Notes under the pieces: generated by a model
The model's input: the letters and a program-made list of their open reading frames with translations, nothing else
The model's database searches: none
Told to the model about the DNA's origin: nothing
Shown: piece by piece, positions 28,464 to 37,046 of the stretch
Numbering within the stretch: the first letter of the stretch is position 1
How the letters are laid out: every line of letters starts with the position of its first letter
Source: a virus
Taxonomy: Duplodnaviria; Heunggongvirae; Uroviricota; Caudoviricetes
Virus record (IMG/VR): IMGVR_UViG_2627853872_000003
DNA length: 64,000 nucleotides
Reading direction: 5' to 3' (one strand)
Made by a program: the position numbers and the translations under genes

Positions 28464-28763
28464 ATGACCAAGCAACTTCACCTCGACATTCCCGGAGCCC
28501 AGGGCGACGTCCACAAGCTCGACACGGATCTGAAGATCCTCGACGAAGCCGCGGGCCGGCAGCTTCAGGCATACCAGCAGCTTGCGGGCTCCGTTAAGGG
28601 CGTCGGCATGGACACCGCCACCGACTTCTCGCGTGAGCAGAACTCGGCGATCACCAGCGTTCACAGTGTCGTCGAGCATTGCCGGACCTCGACGCAGGAC
28701 GCCATCAACGAGACGATCGGTTACGACCACAGCATCGCCGGCGGCAAGATGACCGGGCAGTAA
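28464..28763 (+). CDS. Small helical protein (Esx/WXG100-like size, no WXG)
   Basis: 99 aa. Second of the tandem pair, followed by a strong terminator. Confidence 0.5.
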   Translation: MTKQLHLDIPGAQGDVHKLDTDLKILDEAAGRQLQAYQQLAGSVKGVGMDTATDFSREQNSAITSVHSVVEHCRTSTQDAINETIGYDHSIAGGKMTGQ

Positions 28764-28785
28764 GCCGGATTTCCGGCGCAACAAG

Positions 28786-28820
28786 AAGGCCCCGCTCACC
28801 GAAATGGTGGCGGGGCCTTC
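28786..28820. terminator. Bidirectional intrinsic terminator hairpin
   Basis: gaaggccccgc ... gcggggccttc (11-bp perfect stem, 13-nt loop) followed by ctgctttg. Sits between convergent genes. Confidence 0.7.
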
Positions 28821-28843
28821 TGCTTTGACGAAGCAAAATGACT

Positions 28844-29734
28844 TCACGCGGCCGACAGCGGCACGCTCTGGGAGCCGTGTTCCCGAAGTGCTGCGTCCAG
28901 CCAGGCTGGCAACTTCCGGCATGGGCCCAGGCGCATCACAGGTGCCCCGCCCATCCGCGTAGGGGGGATCGGCACCGTCACCTGGCCGGCGCTGACGATG
29001 ATGTCCCCGACCGCGAAGTTCAGTCCGGTAACCGGTGCGTATCCGATGGCGGCGGGGTGCTGGTGATCAGCACCGGTGTCCGGTGTGGTGAACAGGTACA
29101 CACCACCACCGGGCAGCCCGGGCACCAGTAGCGTTGGTGCGGTGTGAAGCTCGAAGCGGTCACCGCTTGTCTCGGCCGCCCACCTACGCCATTGCGCCAG
29201 CGCGGTCCCGTCGGGAACGGCGACGGCGACCATATGAGAAAACGGTATGTAGATCCCGGCGCTTGGCGTAATCACTCCAGCATCAAGCAAGGCTGGCGCG
29301 CGCTGAGCTCCAACGATTTTGGTGATGTGCCGGTAGTAGGTGGTCACACGTGCGTTGATCTGCTCGCCAGTTCTGTCCACCTGGCCTTGGCCCGAGAGCT
29401 TGCCGGTGGACTCCTCCGGCATCGCGGCCTGCGAAGGGAAGCGCTGAGTCAGTTCCGCCAGCACAGTGAGAGTTTCGGCATCAAGACCGTCGGGAACTAC
29501 GACGTCCGGACCGAGCATGGTCACTGCGCAACCCGCGGCTGCGAGCTTGCGCAGGTATCCCTTCCACACCACCTGCGGTGAACGCGCGTCGAGCCCGGCG
29601 CCGAGTAGCGCTGCGATCGGGTCAGATCCGAGCATCATTGTCTCCCTGCTGATTGGAGGGGACGGGTTCGATATAGCGCGGAAGTCCAGGCGTATCTTCG
29701 TCACTCCAGCTGATGGCGAGTGTGTAGCTGCCAC
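28844..29734 (-). CDS. Hypothetical protein
   Basis: 296-aa ORF (start may be internal MMLGSDP). No motif recognised with confidence. Confidence 0.5.
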   Translation of the reverse strand: MAATHSPSAGVTKIRLDFRAISNPSPPISRETMMLGSDPIAALLGAGLDARSPQVVWKGYLRKLAAAGCAVTMLGPDVVVPDGLDAETLTVLAELTQRFPSQAAMPEESTGKLSGQGQVDRTGEQINARVTTYYRHITKIVGAQRAPALLDAGVITPSAGIYIPFSHMVAVAVPDGTALAQWRRWAAETSGDRFELHTAPTLLVPGLPGGGVYLFTTPDTGADHQHPAAIGYAPVTGLNFAVGDIIVSAGQVTVPIPPTRMGGAPVMRLGPCRKLPAWLDAALREHGSQSVPLSAA

Positions 29735-30016
29735 TCATGATGTCTCCTCCCCCTCTGCTCGTGATGCGTCGTGTCGCTGATGGCGTGTTTCTCGGTTCTT
29801 GGCCACGGCCCGCATCCACATACGCACGTAGTCGGACTCGTTGAGCGCAATGGGGACGGTGTTGATCCCAAAGAAGTTCGTGCCGACCAAGACGCCATGC
29901 GCGACGTGGTTGGTGGCCAACTCCGCCAGCGTCGGCATGGTCGCGGACGCCCCATCGTGTCCTCCGCGTTCGAGTGCCCCGTGCTGCCGCGCATACGAAT
30001 TCTCTTTACTCACACG
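29735..30016 (-). CDS. Small hypothetical protein downstream of polA
   Basis: Possible start [11 protein letters not shown]. Weak support. Confidence 0.3.
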   Translation of the reverse strand, partial: RVSKENSYARQHGALERGGHDGASATMPTLAELATNHVAHGVLVGTNFFGINTVPIALNESDYVRMWMRAVAKNRETRHQRHDASRAEGEETS

Positions 30017-32805
30017 TACTCCCATCGGCTGCCCATCTCGTTCACGTCGACGGCCAAGAACGCCTCGATACCGTGGTACTGCGCCACCGCTTCCAGGAAC
30101 GGGGGCGGCGTGGCCATGACTTCGGCCAGTTCCTCGGCAATCTCCTTGTCCGCCACGATCTCGTCGTGCATCCACAGATGGACGTGATCAGATAGCCCGC
30201 GGCGATCCAATTCGAGAATCGCGTAGTGCATGATGTCCAGCGCCGAGCCTTGGCAGAAGTGGTTGGGCGCAATGCGTTGTGCCACATCGCTCACCAGACG
30301 TCCACCCTCGTAGAAGCTGAATTTCTGATCGACCACCCTGCCGGTAAGCGTGGTCACGTGCCCGAATCGTTGCGACTGCGCCTTGAGTGCGTCGATCAGC
30401 TTGTACAGAATCGGCAGCGATCCGCGGATCGTGTTCTGAACGAACCGAGCTTGATCCAGTGACCAACCGTATTGCAGCGAAGCGGCTTTGAGTCCCTGCC
30501 CGTACATATCCGCAAGCATCTTTCGCTTGGCAAGCTTGCGATCAATACCGGCCGCTTGCCCCACCGGCTCGTACGGATCCATGCCGGCGCGCATGTCGGC
30601 GATGAACTGCCTGTCTCCGGACGCAGTCGCCAGCACCACGGGTTCGATCGATTTCCAGTCCGCCGAAATCCAGCCCTCGGCGTCTGAATCAGCGACGATG
30701 ACTCCTCGTGCCCGTTTGGGAAACTGTTGAATCTCCGGCTTGCTCGCACTGTTGCCCGTCAGGTACGGGCCATGTTCGCCCCATGCGGTGAATGTGCCCG
30801 AATCAGTTGTCACACACCACACATCGCCTTCTCCGGCATCACTCACAACCATGTTGGCCAGGCCGGAGCGCCCTCGATGTAGCACGACGGCAGCCCCTGC
30901 GGGTGCGTCAAAGATCAGGGATCGCAGACCGAGGCGATATCCCGCCAGCGCGAAAGCCTCGGCGTAGCGCCTATTGGGTGTAGGCAGCACGGTGACACCA
31001 GTGTGACTGGCGTTTGTCGCGTAGTGGCTCGCACCCTCCAGCATGTTCCAAAGCTCATCGAGAGACTTGTCGCACACCGAGTGCAGCGCGGTGTCTCGTG
31101 GCGCATGCTCGGGTACCCAGCAGGTTTCACCTTCGGTCTGCCAGCGCTCACGCAGGCTAGTCACCGTCGCGCGCCGCGTCTCGGCTGGACCGCATAGAGC
31201 ATCGGACAACTCGCCGGTGCGTTGTCGCGCAAGCTGAACAGTGACACGCCCGATGGTGTACGCGTCGTGCTGCGGAGCGGTCATGGAGTTCCCGCCTCCG
31301 CAGACCCCGGGAGTAATAGGCGGCGTGAGACGCAGATGGTCGGATTGCCGGGCACGGTCAAGAGACTGAACCTTGCGTTTACCGGCGGTGTTCTCGGTAA
31401 CCCAGCGGTGCTCGCGTGTGCAAATCAGTTCGATTCCGTCATCGAGTGTGTAACGGCGAAGCGGCGCATCGCTGTATCGGTGCACCTCCAGCACCGTCGT
31501 CCAGCGCCCGTCTGCATCCAGGGTTCGATCGCCGGTCCGGATCTCGTTCACAGACACGATGCCCCGGCGGGTCAGCAGCCGCTGATTCTCGGGCAGGCAC
31601 ATGCGGCCGGTGGCACTGGCGCCCAAAATCTTGATTTCTGGATGTAGGCGCCCTGTGGGCCCTGCATTTTCGACCACCTTCTCGACATAGCCGCGGTCCT
31701 TCTCGTTGTCGAAAACAGCACGGTGCGCCATCACCAGCGGGTTCTTCAGCGCGTCACTGATGTGCTCGCCGGTGAAGACCTCCAATGCCTTCTTATCGGC
31801 TTTCAGGCGGCCTGTGTCGGTACGCGGCCATTGCTGGTGCAGCAGACCGCGGGCATCGAGGGTGTTGACCAGGTCAGCGGCATTGCCCGGGCGGATTCCC
31901 GCCTCAGCGAGAGTCGTTGCGGCAGCCCGCGTCTGCTCAGCAGTCTCTTCAAGGAAACGCTGGGGGAACTCTTTGTCGACCGCGTATCCGCGTGCCGTCC
32001 GTTCCAGCACTATCGCGTTGACGCGCTGGATGTCCTCGACGAGTGCTTCAGCGTCAGTGGCTGTGAGAACACCATGGCCGCCGAAACCCGCTGACGGGGC
32101 CGTCAGGTAGCGAGCGGCCTTGGCCATGATGCCGTGTCCGTTAACGCCCGGGACACCCCAAAGGCGCTTTGTCGCGACGGTGTCGGACAACGCACCCACT
32201 ACATAGGTCGGAGTGTCGATATCAGTTCCCCGCCAACCGTCGTCCTTCTTAAGTCCTCGAGCGGAGAACACTTCGGTCATCGACGTGCGATCGTCGTCCA
32301 TCACGCGGAACACGTTCGCGAGGTCTTCGAGCGTGCGGCCGGCCTTGGCGTTGGTCCCCACCATCCGCGCGGCGACCAGCGTGTCGCCGAGCTTGCGAAT
32401 ATGCGCCTTCGTCATGAGCCTGTGGGCGTACAGCGGGGCGATGTCGAAGCTGGCGCCGTGGAAGACCAGGCGGTCCGCGTGGTCGAAGACCCGGGCCAGC
32501 ATCCCGCGGTGTTCAGCGCGGCGCAGAGGATCGAACAACAGCGCCACCATGTCTTGACCGAGTTCGAAGGCCACGGTGACACACGTGATGGTGAACTTGT
32601 TGACGTCAAGACCATGGGTCTCGATGTCGACGGCCACTGCGGCTGGCGGTGCCGACCGAAGCTCGTCGATCCACCTCGCCATCTGTTTGTCAGCGGTAAC
32701 TAGATGCGCCCCGACCGTGTGGTCATAGAACTGGAACTCGACCGCGTTGACACGCGGCAGATCGACCACTGGCACGTTGGGCTCATCGGACACGCGGCCA
32801 GTCAA
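30010..32805 (-). CDS. polA: Family-A DNA polymerase I (3'-5' exo + pol domains) interrupted by an intein
   Basis: Exo [12 protein letters not shown]. Pol motif A region LGASATGRM|C...N|[11 protein letters not shown] split by the insert. Motif B RQFIADMR...[12 protein letters not shown]. Motif [10 protein letters not shown]. Extein total about 648 aa. Confidence 0.85.
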   Translation of the reverse strand: MTGRVSDEPNVPVVDLPRVNAVEFQFYDHTVGAHLVTADKQMARWIDELRSAPPAAVAVDIETHGLDVNKFTITCVTVAFELGQDMVALLFDPLRRAEHRGMLARVFDHADRLVFHGASFDIAPLYAHRLMTKAHIRKLGDTLVAARMVGTNAKAGRTLEDLANVFRVMDDDRTSMTEVFSARGLKKDDGWRGTDIDTPTYVVGALSDTVATKRLWGVPGVNGHGIMAKAARYLTAPSAGFGGHGVLTATDAEALVEDIQRVNAIVLERTARGYAVDKEFPQRFLEETAEQTRAAATTLAEAGIRPGNAADLVNTLDARGLLHQQWPRTDTGRLKADKKALEVFTGEHISDALKNPLVMAHRAVFDNEKDRGYVEKVVENAGPTGRLHPEIKILGASATGRMCLPENQRLLTRRGIVSVNEIRTGDRTLDADGRWTTVLEVHRYSDAPLRRYTLDDGIELICTREHRWVTENTAGKRKVQSLDRARQSDHLRLTPPITPGVCGGGNSMTAPQHDAYTIGRVTVQLARQRTGELSDALCGPAETRRATVTSLRERWQTEGETCWVPEHAPRDTALHSVCDKSLDELWNMLEGASHYATNASHTGVTVLPTPNRRYAEAFALAGYRLGLRSLIFDAPAGAAVVLHRGRSGLANMVVSDAGEGDVWCVTTDSGTFTAWGEHGPYLTGNSASKPEIQQFPKRARGVIVADSDAEGWISADWKSIEPVVLATASGDRQFIADMRAGMDPYEPVGQAAGIDRKLAKRKMLADMYGQGLKAASLQYGWSLDQARFVQNTIRGSLPILYKLIDALKAQSQRFGHVTTLTGRVVDQKFSFYEGGRLVSDVAQRIAPNHFCQGSALDIMHYAILELDRRGLSDHVHLWMHDEIVADKEIAEELAEVMATPPPFLEAVAQYHGIEAFLAVDVNEMGSRWEYV
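30751..31599 (-). other. Intein (283 aa) within polA
   Basis: Begins [33 protein letters not shown] (block A). Block B TREH. Ends ...[11 protein letters not shown] followed by Ser(+1). Inserted in the conserved TGR-SS/NLQNIP region. Confidence 0.7.
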
Positions 32806-33026
32806 GCATTCGATGCCGACATCATTGCCATCTAGTTGCCGACACGCCGATAGGTGGCATCGAAATAGGCATATTGCCCATTCGCCTGATCTCTACATCG
32901 AAATATCGCCAATGCTGATCTCGCCGACACCAGCCCCCCGCTCGCCACTGCTGCACATTTCCGCCTCTGCGATGTGCACCTGTGTTCACGGTGCGAATCG
33001 TTCGGTGTGCACGGTTTCTCGCCGCG

Positions 33027-33358
33027 TTGACCTGCGTAAATGGTCAAAATGGCGCGCACTTCTCGGCCTACCAGCAGTTTTACGCAGATGCCTTGTAGAT
33101 GGGGGGTGCCTCGGCGCGGCTCTGACTTCATAAAATTGCCCACACGGTAGGCCTATAAAGAAACCCCAGGTAGATATATGTAATTAGTTTAGCTAATGCT
33201 TTGTTTTACCCGTTACGTGAGGCAAAGCCGGTCAGAACGCGTGTGTATATGTGCACGCCGAGGGGGTCTCCGAGGCACCCCCCACTTACAAGGCATCAAC
33301 GCAAACACGCAGGTAGCCCAACAAGTGCACGCCATGTTGACAGAAACCGCAGGTCAAC
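33027..33358. repeat. Large imperfect palindrome around AT-rich core (candidate origin / divergent control region)
   Basis: 28-bp arms gatgccttgtagatggggggtgcctcgg (33088-33115) and ccgaggcaccccccacttacaaggcatc (33270-33297), 26/28 matching. AT-rich centre 33160-33210. Symmetric outer sub-IRs ttgacc-N9-ggtcaa (33027-33047) and gttgac-N11-gtcaac (33336-33358). Confidence 0.55.
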
Positions 33359-33830
33359 ACGGAAAGTTACACACCACGACGAACAGATTCACGCCAGCCG
33401 GCGGAGAGCCGGGGCTGGCGGGCGGGCTGTGAGTCGATGCCGGGTAGCCAGACATAGTTGGAGGCCTGGCGCGAGTTTGACGGGAACCCGTCGACCAACC
33501 TGCCGAAACTTACTTTCGCGCAATGCCCTGGGGACGTGACAGGCAACAACCGGCAACTAGCCACGCGCCCGCCCATTCACTCCCCACTGACTTCCCCGCA
33601 CATTTCCCCAGGCTGAGGGCGGGATAGTGCCCACTTGTCAGACCCCAGGCGTACAACGACACGCAGAAACAGAACAGGTGTTGCGTAGGCATCACAACCG
33701 GCATTACGCTCACCGAGACGACGGCAATTGCCGGTGATGGAAACGTGGATGATTCGCAAATTCGATTCATCTCCTCCGGATGCCGGACATCCTCGTCACT
33801 CGGACCGACCACTTCGAGGAGACCGCACTC

Positions 33831-34280
33831 ATGACCGCTTCACCGCCGTTAGTACCCACGGCTCCGCCTTTACACGGGGTTGCCCCCGCGGGCCTGCTCG
33901 CACCACAAGCGCCTGCCCCGACAGGTGCCACATCGACTCTGTCGACAGACGAAATCGTGGCGTTCATCGAGGCGTCGGCTGACCCCGCTGCCGAACTCGC
34001 ACACCTGGTCCTGCAGGTGTCCATGCGGGCAGCCACGGCGACGCGACAGGGCCAGATTCTGAGCTCCGTCAGCAGCCGGTGCGCGAAGGCCTTGAAGGCG
34101 GTCCGTGTTGCGCTGCTCACCGCCGTGGCCAACACCCCTGGCGTCTACGACGGATTCACGGTCACTCAGAAGGCAGGGGCGCGCTCGGTCAAGTACGACC
34201 TGTTCGAGGAGCGCTACCCCGATGTGTACGCCGAGCTGGTCTCCGTCGCCGCGCCAACGCTGAACCTCAGCTACACCTGA
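33831..34280 (+). CDS. Hypothetical protein
   Basis: 149 aa from ATG 33831. First gene rightward of the palindromic control region. Confidence 0.55.
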   Translation: MTASPPLVPTAPPLHGVAPAGLLAPQAPAPTGATSTLSTDEIVAFIEASADPAAELAHLVLQVSMRAATATRQGQILSSVSSRCAKALKAVRVALLTAVANTPGVYDGFTVTQKAGARSVKYDLFEERYPDVYAELVSVAAPTLNLSYT

Positions 34281-34330
34281 GGACCGTTTCCACTCACCTG
34301 ATTCACCCACCACCCAAGGAGATATCCACC

Positions 34331-35485
34331 ATGTCTGCACCAGTAGCCGTTCCCGCACTCAGTGACATCACACACCCGCCCGCCGCCGCTGTCGCCCCAC
34401 CTGTTGTCGCTCCGGCGGCCGCTCCCGTTGCGCCCGTTGCACCGCCGGCAGCTCCGGCCACACCAACGGTCAGCCCGGTTGCACCCGTTGCGCCGGTCGT
34501 ACCCTTGAACGTCGCGGCGCCGATTGTTCCGGCTCCCACATCCGTTCCAGATGCCCCGGTTACTTCGTCTGAGCCGGTCCCCGTACCTGCGCCAGCCGCT
34601 CCCGCCGTCACCCCAGTGACCGTGGCTGCAGTCGAGCCAGCACCCTCGACTTCCCCGATCGCCGGAATTGCTCCGGTCACACCGCCTCCGGTCGCGCCGC
34701 CTGTCACTCCTCCGGTGGCCCCGATCTCTGCACCAGTTGCGGCTGCTCAACCGGCACAGACCGCAGAACCCGCCCCGGCGCCTGAACCGGTCTATGCCCA
34801 GGGCACGGTCGTCGGCGCCGTTGATGTGGCACCGGTGGTTGCACCGGTTGTCGCAGCACCGAGTATCGAATCGGTAGCTGCGCAAGCTGTCTCGGTGCCT
34901 GTGTCGGACAGCGTGCGGGCATTCGCAGCCCGGCACAACATCGACCTATCGACCGTGACAGGAACCGGCAGTCGCGGGCGTATCACCCGCAAGGATCTCG
35001 AAGCGATCGTCGCAGCAGCTGCGGCACTTAGCTCCGAGGCCCCTGTCGCAGAGCCCGAAGTCGCCGCAGCGCCGGTAGCCGAGCCTGTTGCGCCTCCGGT
35101 GGTTCCTGCGCCCTCCCCCGCCTCGGTGGCGCCGGTTATCGTTGAGCCCACCACCACACCGGTGGAACCGGCTCCCGCACCTGCTTTCTCGGCGCCGATC
35201 GTGGCCGCCCCGAGCGCCACAGAGGAGCCCGCACCTTCGGCTCTTACACCGGCAGCACCCGTTGACTCATCCCCGTCCCAGGTGGTCAGTGGCGGAATCA
35301 ATCTGCGCGTGCCGATCGACCTGAGTGCCGGGAACAAGTTCGCGTTCGATGCCGGAACCGACTTGGTAGCGCTTGCTCGCGATGTCCTGCCCGCTCTGAA
35401 CGTGCTGTCGGCGTTCGTCGAGCTCACCGTCGAAGGTCCTGCACTTGTGGTCACCGTGGCCGCGACGACGGCGGTCAGCTTGTGA
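34331..35485 (+). CDS. Pro/Ala/Val-rich protein containing an E3-binding (PSBD-like) domain
   Basis: ATG 34331 with AAGGAGATATCCACC RBS. Long PAAPV-type low-complexity linkers flank SVRAFAARHNIDLSTVTGTGSRGRITRKDLEAIV, which matches the peripheral-subunit-binding-domain consensus of 2-oxoacid dehydrogenase E2 proteins. Confidence 0.6.
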   Translation: MSAPVAVPALSDITHPPAAAVAPPVVAPAAAPVAPVAPPAAPATPTVSPVAPVAPVVPLNVAAPIVPAPTSVPDAPVTSSEPVPVPAPAAPAVTPVTVAAVEPAPSTSPIAGIAPVTPPPVAPPVTPPVAPISAPVAAAQPAQTAEPAPAPEPVYAQGTVVGAVDVAPVVAPVVAAPSIESVAAQAVSVPVSDSVRAFAARHNIDLSTVTGTGSRGRITRKDLEAIVAAAAALSSEAPVAEPEVAAAPVAEPVAPPVVPAPSPASVAPVIVEPTTTPVEPAPAPAFSAPIVAAPSATEEPAPSALTPAAPVDSSPSQVVSGGINLRVPIDLSAGNKFAFDAGTDLVALARDVLPALNVLSAFVELTVEGPALVVTVAATTAVSL

Positions 35486-36279
35486 CCGCTGTACCTTCAG
35501 ACATTCTCGACAGCCGGGCATTGGGTGCGCAAGCACCCGGTGCGCAGCCGATCCTGTTGCCTCGCGCGGTATCTGGCCGCAGCGATGGCCTGATTCCTGT
35601 GCGTGTTGCTCCCCTGGTCTCGCACGATTCCGAAGAGTCGAGCGCTGCTGCTGAGAAAGTCACCGAGACTGTCATGGACATGCAGCTGATCGTGGATTAC
35701 ACGAACGCGTTGGCCAAGCGAACAGCCGCCAATATCCAGGCCGACAACATCACTGAGCTCGCGCAAGCACACGAACACCCGCAGCAGGGTGCCGCGTGCC
35801 TGCGGTGCTCGATTCTTGGTTCCTCGCGCAACCTGACACTGGGAACCACGCTGCTGGAAATTCTCGCGCGCACCAATGCCGACGAAGAGTGGAACCACAG
35901 CCAGGAGTGCACGGACACCAAAATCATCTCGCGGCTGAAGCGATTGGTGGTCAGCGCTGCATCTCTGAAGGACATCTACGGCCCCTACTGGGGTCCAGTG
36001 ATGCTCACGTGCCTGCGTATCGAGGCTGCTGATTTCGCACTGCTGCACCATCTCACGCAGAAATACCAACACAGCAAGGTGCTGACCGTGCACACGCGAG
36101 AAGCACTGGCGGCCTACCACCTCGCCATGGTGACTTGCCCATTCACGAGCACCGTGCGCGGTACGGCCAATCCGATGCTTCGCAGCGCGGTAGCCGTGCG
36201 TCTGGCCACCGCAACCGCAATGGTCGCCGTCGGCAAGCCACCGGTCTGGCTTGATCACCTGCCTGCCCCGGTTCTGTGA
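35482..36279 (+). CDS. Hypothetical protein
   Basis: 265-aa ORF. Start overlaps the previous stop. Confidence 0.5.
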   Translation: MTAVPSDILDSRALGAQAPGAQPILLPRAVSGRSDGLIPVRVAPLVSHDSEESSAAAEKVTETVMDMQLIVDYTNALAKRTAANIQADNITELAQAHEHPQQGAACLRCSILGSSRNLTLGTTLLEILARTNADEEWNHSQECTDTKIISRLKRLVVSAASLKDIYGPYWGPVMLTCLRIEAADFALLHHLTQKYQHSKVLTVHTREALAAYHLAMVTCPFTSTVRGTANPMLRSAVAVRLATATAMVAVGKPPVWLDHLPAPVL

Positions 36280-37046
36280 ACACTCACGCACAGCCGCTCG
36301 ACACGGCGATACCGACCCCTGACGGATTCCGCCGTCTGGATGATCTCGTCCCCGGCGACATGGTGTTTGGTTCCGATGGAACCCCGATACCGGTTCTTGC
36401 CGTCAACGACATCGGATCCGTTTCGATGGCGCGTCTGCATTTCGATGACGGCGCCAAGACCGACGTAGCCGCGGAAACTCTGTGGCAGGCTCGTGACGGC
36501 GCCACCGGCGCGATCGGCATCTATCGCACCGCTGATATCTGCGCCAATCTGGTGCTGCCGGGAGGTGCACCGCGTTGGACGATCCCGACTGCGGCAGCCG
36601 TTGCGTTCCCGGAGGCCGCTGGTCTCCCGGTCGACCCACTAACATTCGGGTCCGAACTGCGTAGCGGCGAGGCTACTGACGCAGGCCTTCTTTGGCGGTA
36701 CCTCACCGCGGACGTCTCACAGCGGCGCGAAACGCTCGCCGGTGTACTGGGCACGCGGTCCAGCATCGGGGCGTCGGCTCCCCCCATGGCGCTGGCCGCC
36801 GCCGGCTCTCTGATCCGTTCGCTTGGCGGACTGCCCACATGGGTTCGGCACGGAGCCGGATACAGCCTCGTGCCGTTGTGGGGGCGCGACGACGAACTAC
36901 GCCGCGAAATCGTTTCGTTCGAGCAGGTTCCCGATCAGCCTTGCCGCGCAATCACGGTGGCCGCAGCTGACGGGCTGTACGTCACTGGCGGTGACTTCGT
37001 TCTCACGCTCGGCGCCGCGATCGCCGAACAGCGAGGCGCTGCATGA
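36276..37046 (+). CDS. Stand-alone Hint (Hedgehog/intein)-like domain protein
   Basis: N-terminal DTAIPTPDGFRRLDDLVPGDMVFGSDGTPIPVLAV resembles intein block A without Cys1. C-terminal DGLYVTGGDFVLTLG resembles block G but lacks the terminal HN. Confidence 0.45.
   Translation: MNTHAQPLDTAIPTPDGFRRLDDLVPGDMVFGSDGTPIPVLAVNDIGSVSMARLHFDDGAKTDVAAETLWQARDGATGAIGIYRTADICANLVLPGGAPRWTIPTAAAVAFPEAAGLPVDPLTFGSELRSGEATDAGLLWRYLTADVSQRRETLAGVLGTRSSIGASAPPMALAAAGSLIRSLGGLPTWVRHGAGYSLVPLWGRDDELRREIVSFEQVPDQPCRAITVAAADGLYVTGGDFVLTLGAAIAEQRGAA

Noticed and set aside
33090-33432. Two small ORFs (32832-33143 minus, 33196-33432 plus) sharing the peptide RGTPHLQGI
   Set aside because: The shared peptide is a by-product of reading the two arms of the DNA inverted repeat. 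Composition and context indicate non-coding origin-like DNA.
34340-35200. GC-rich short repeats (possible CRISPR or tandem repeat array)
   Set aside because: Repeats are irregular codon-level PAAPV/AAQQ low-complexity coding sequence inside ORFs (also 25560-25700 and 50500-50760). No regular repeat-spacer architecture, no cas genes.
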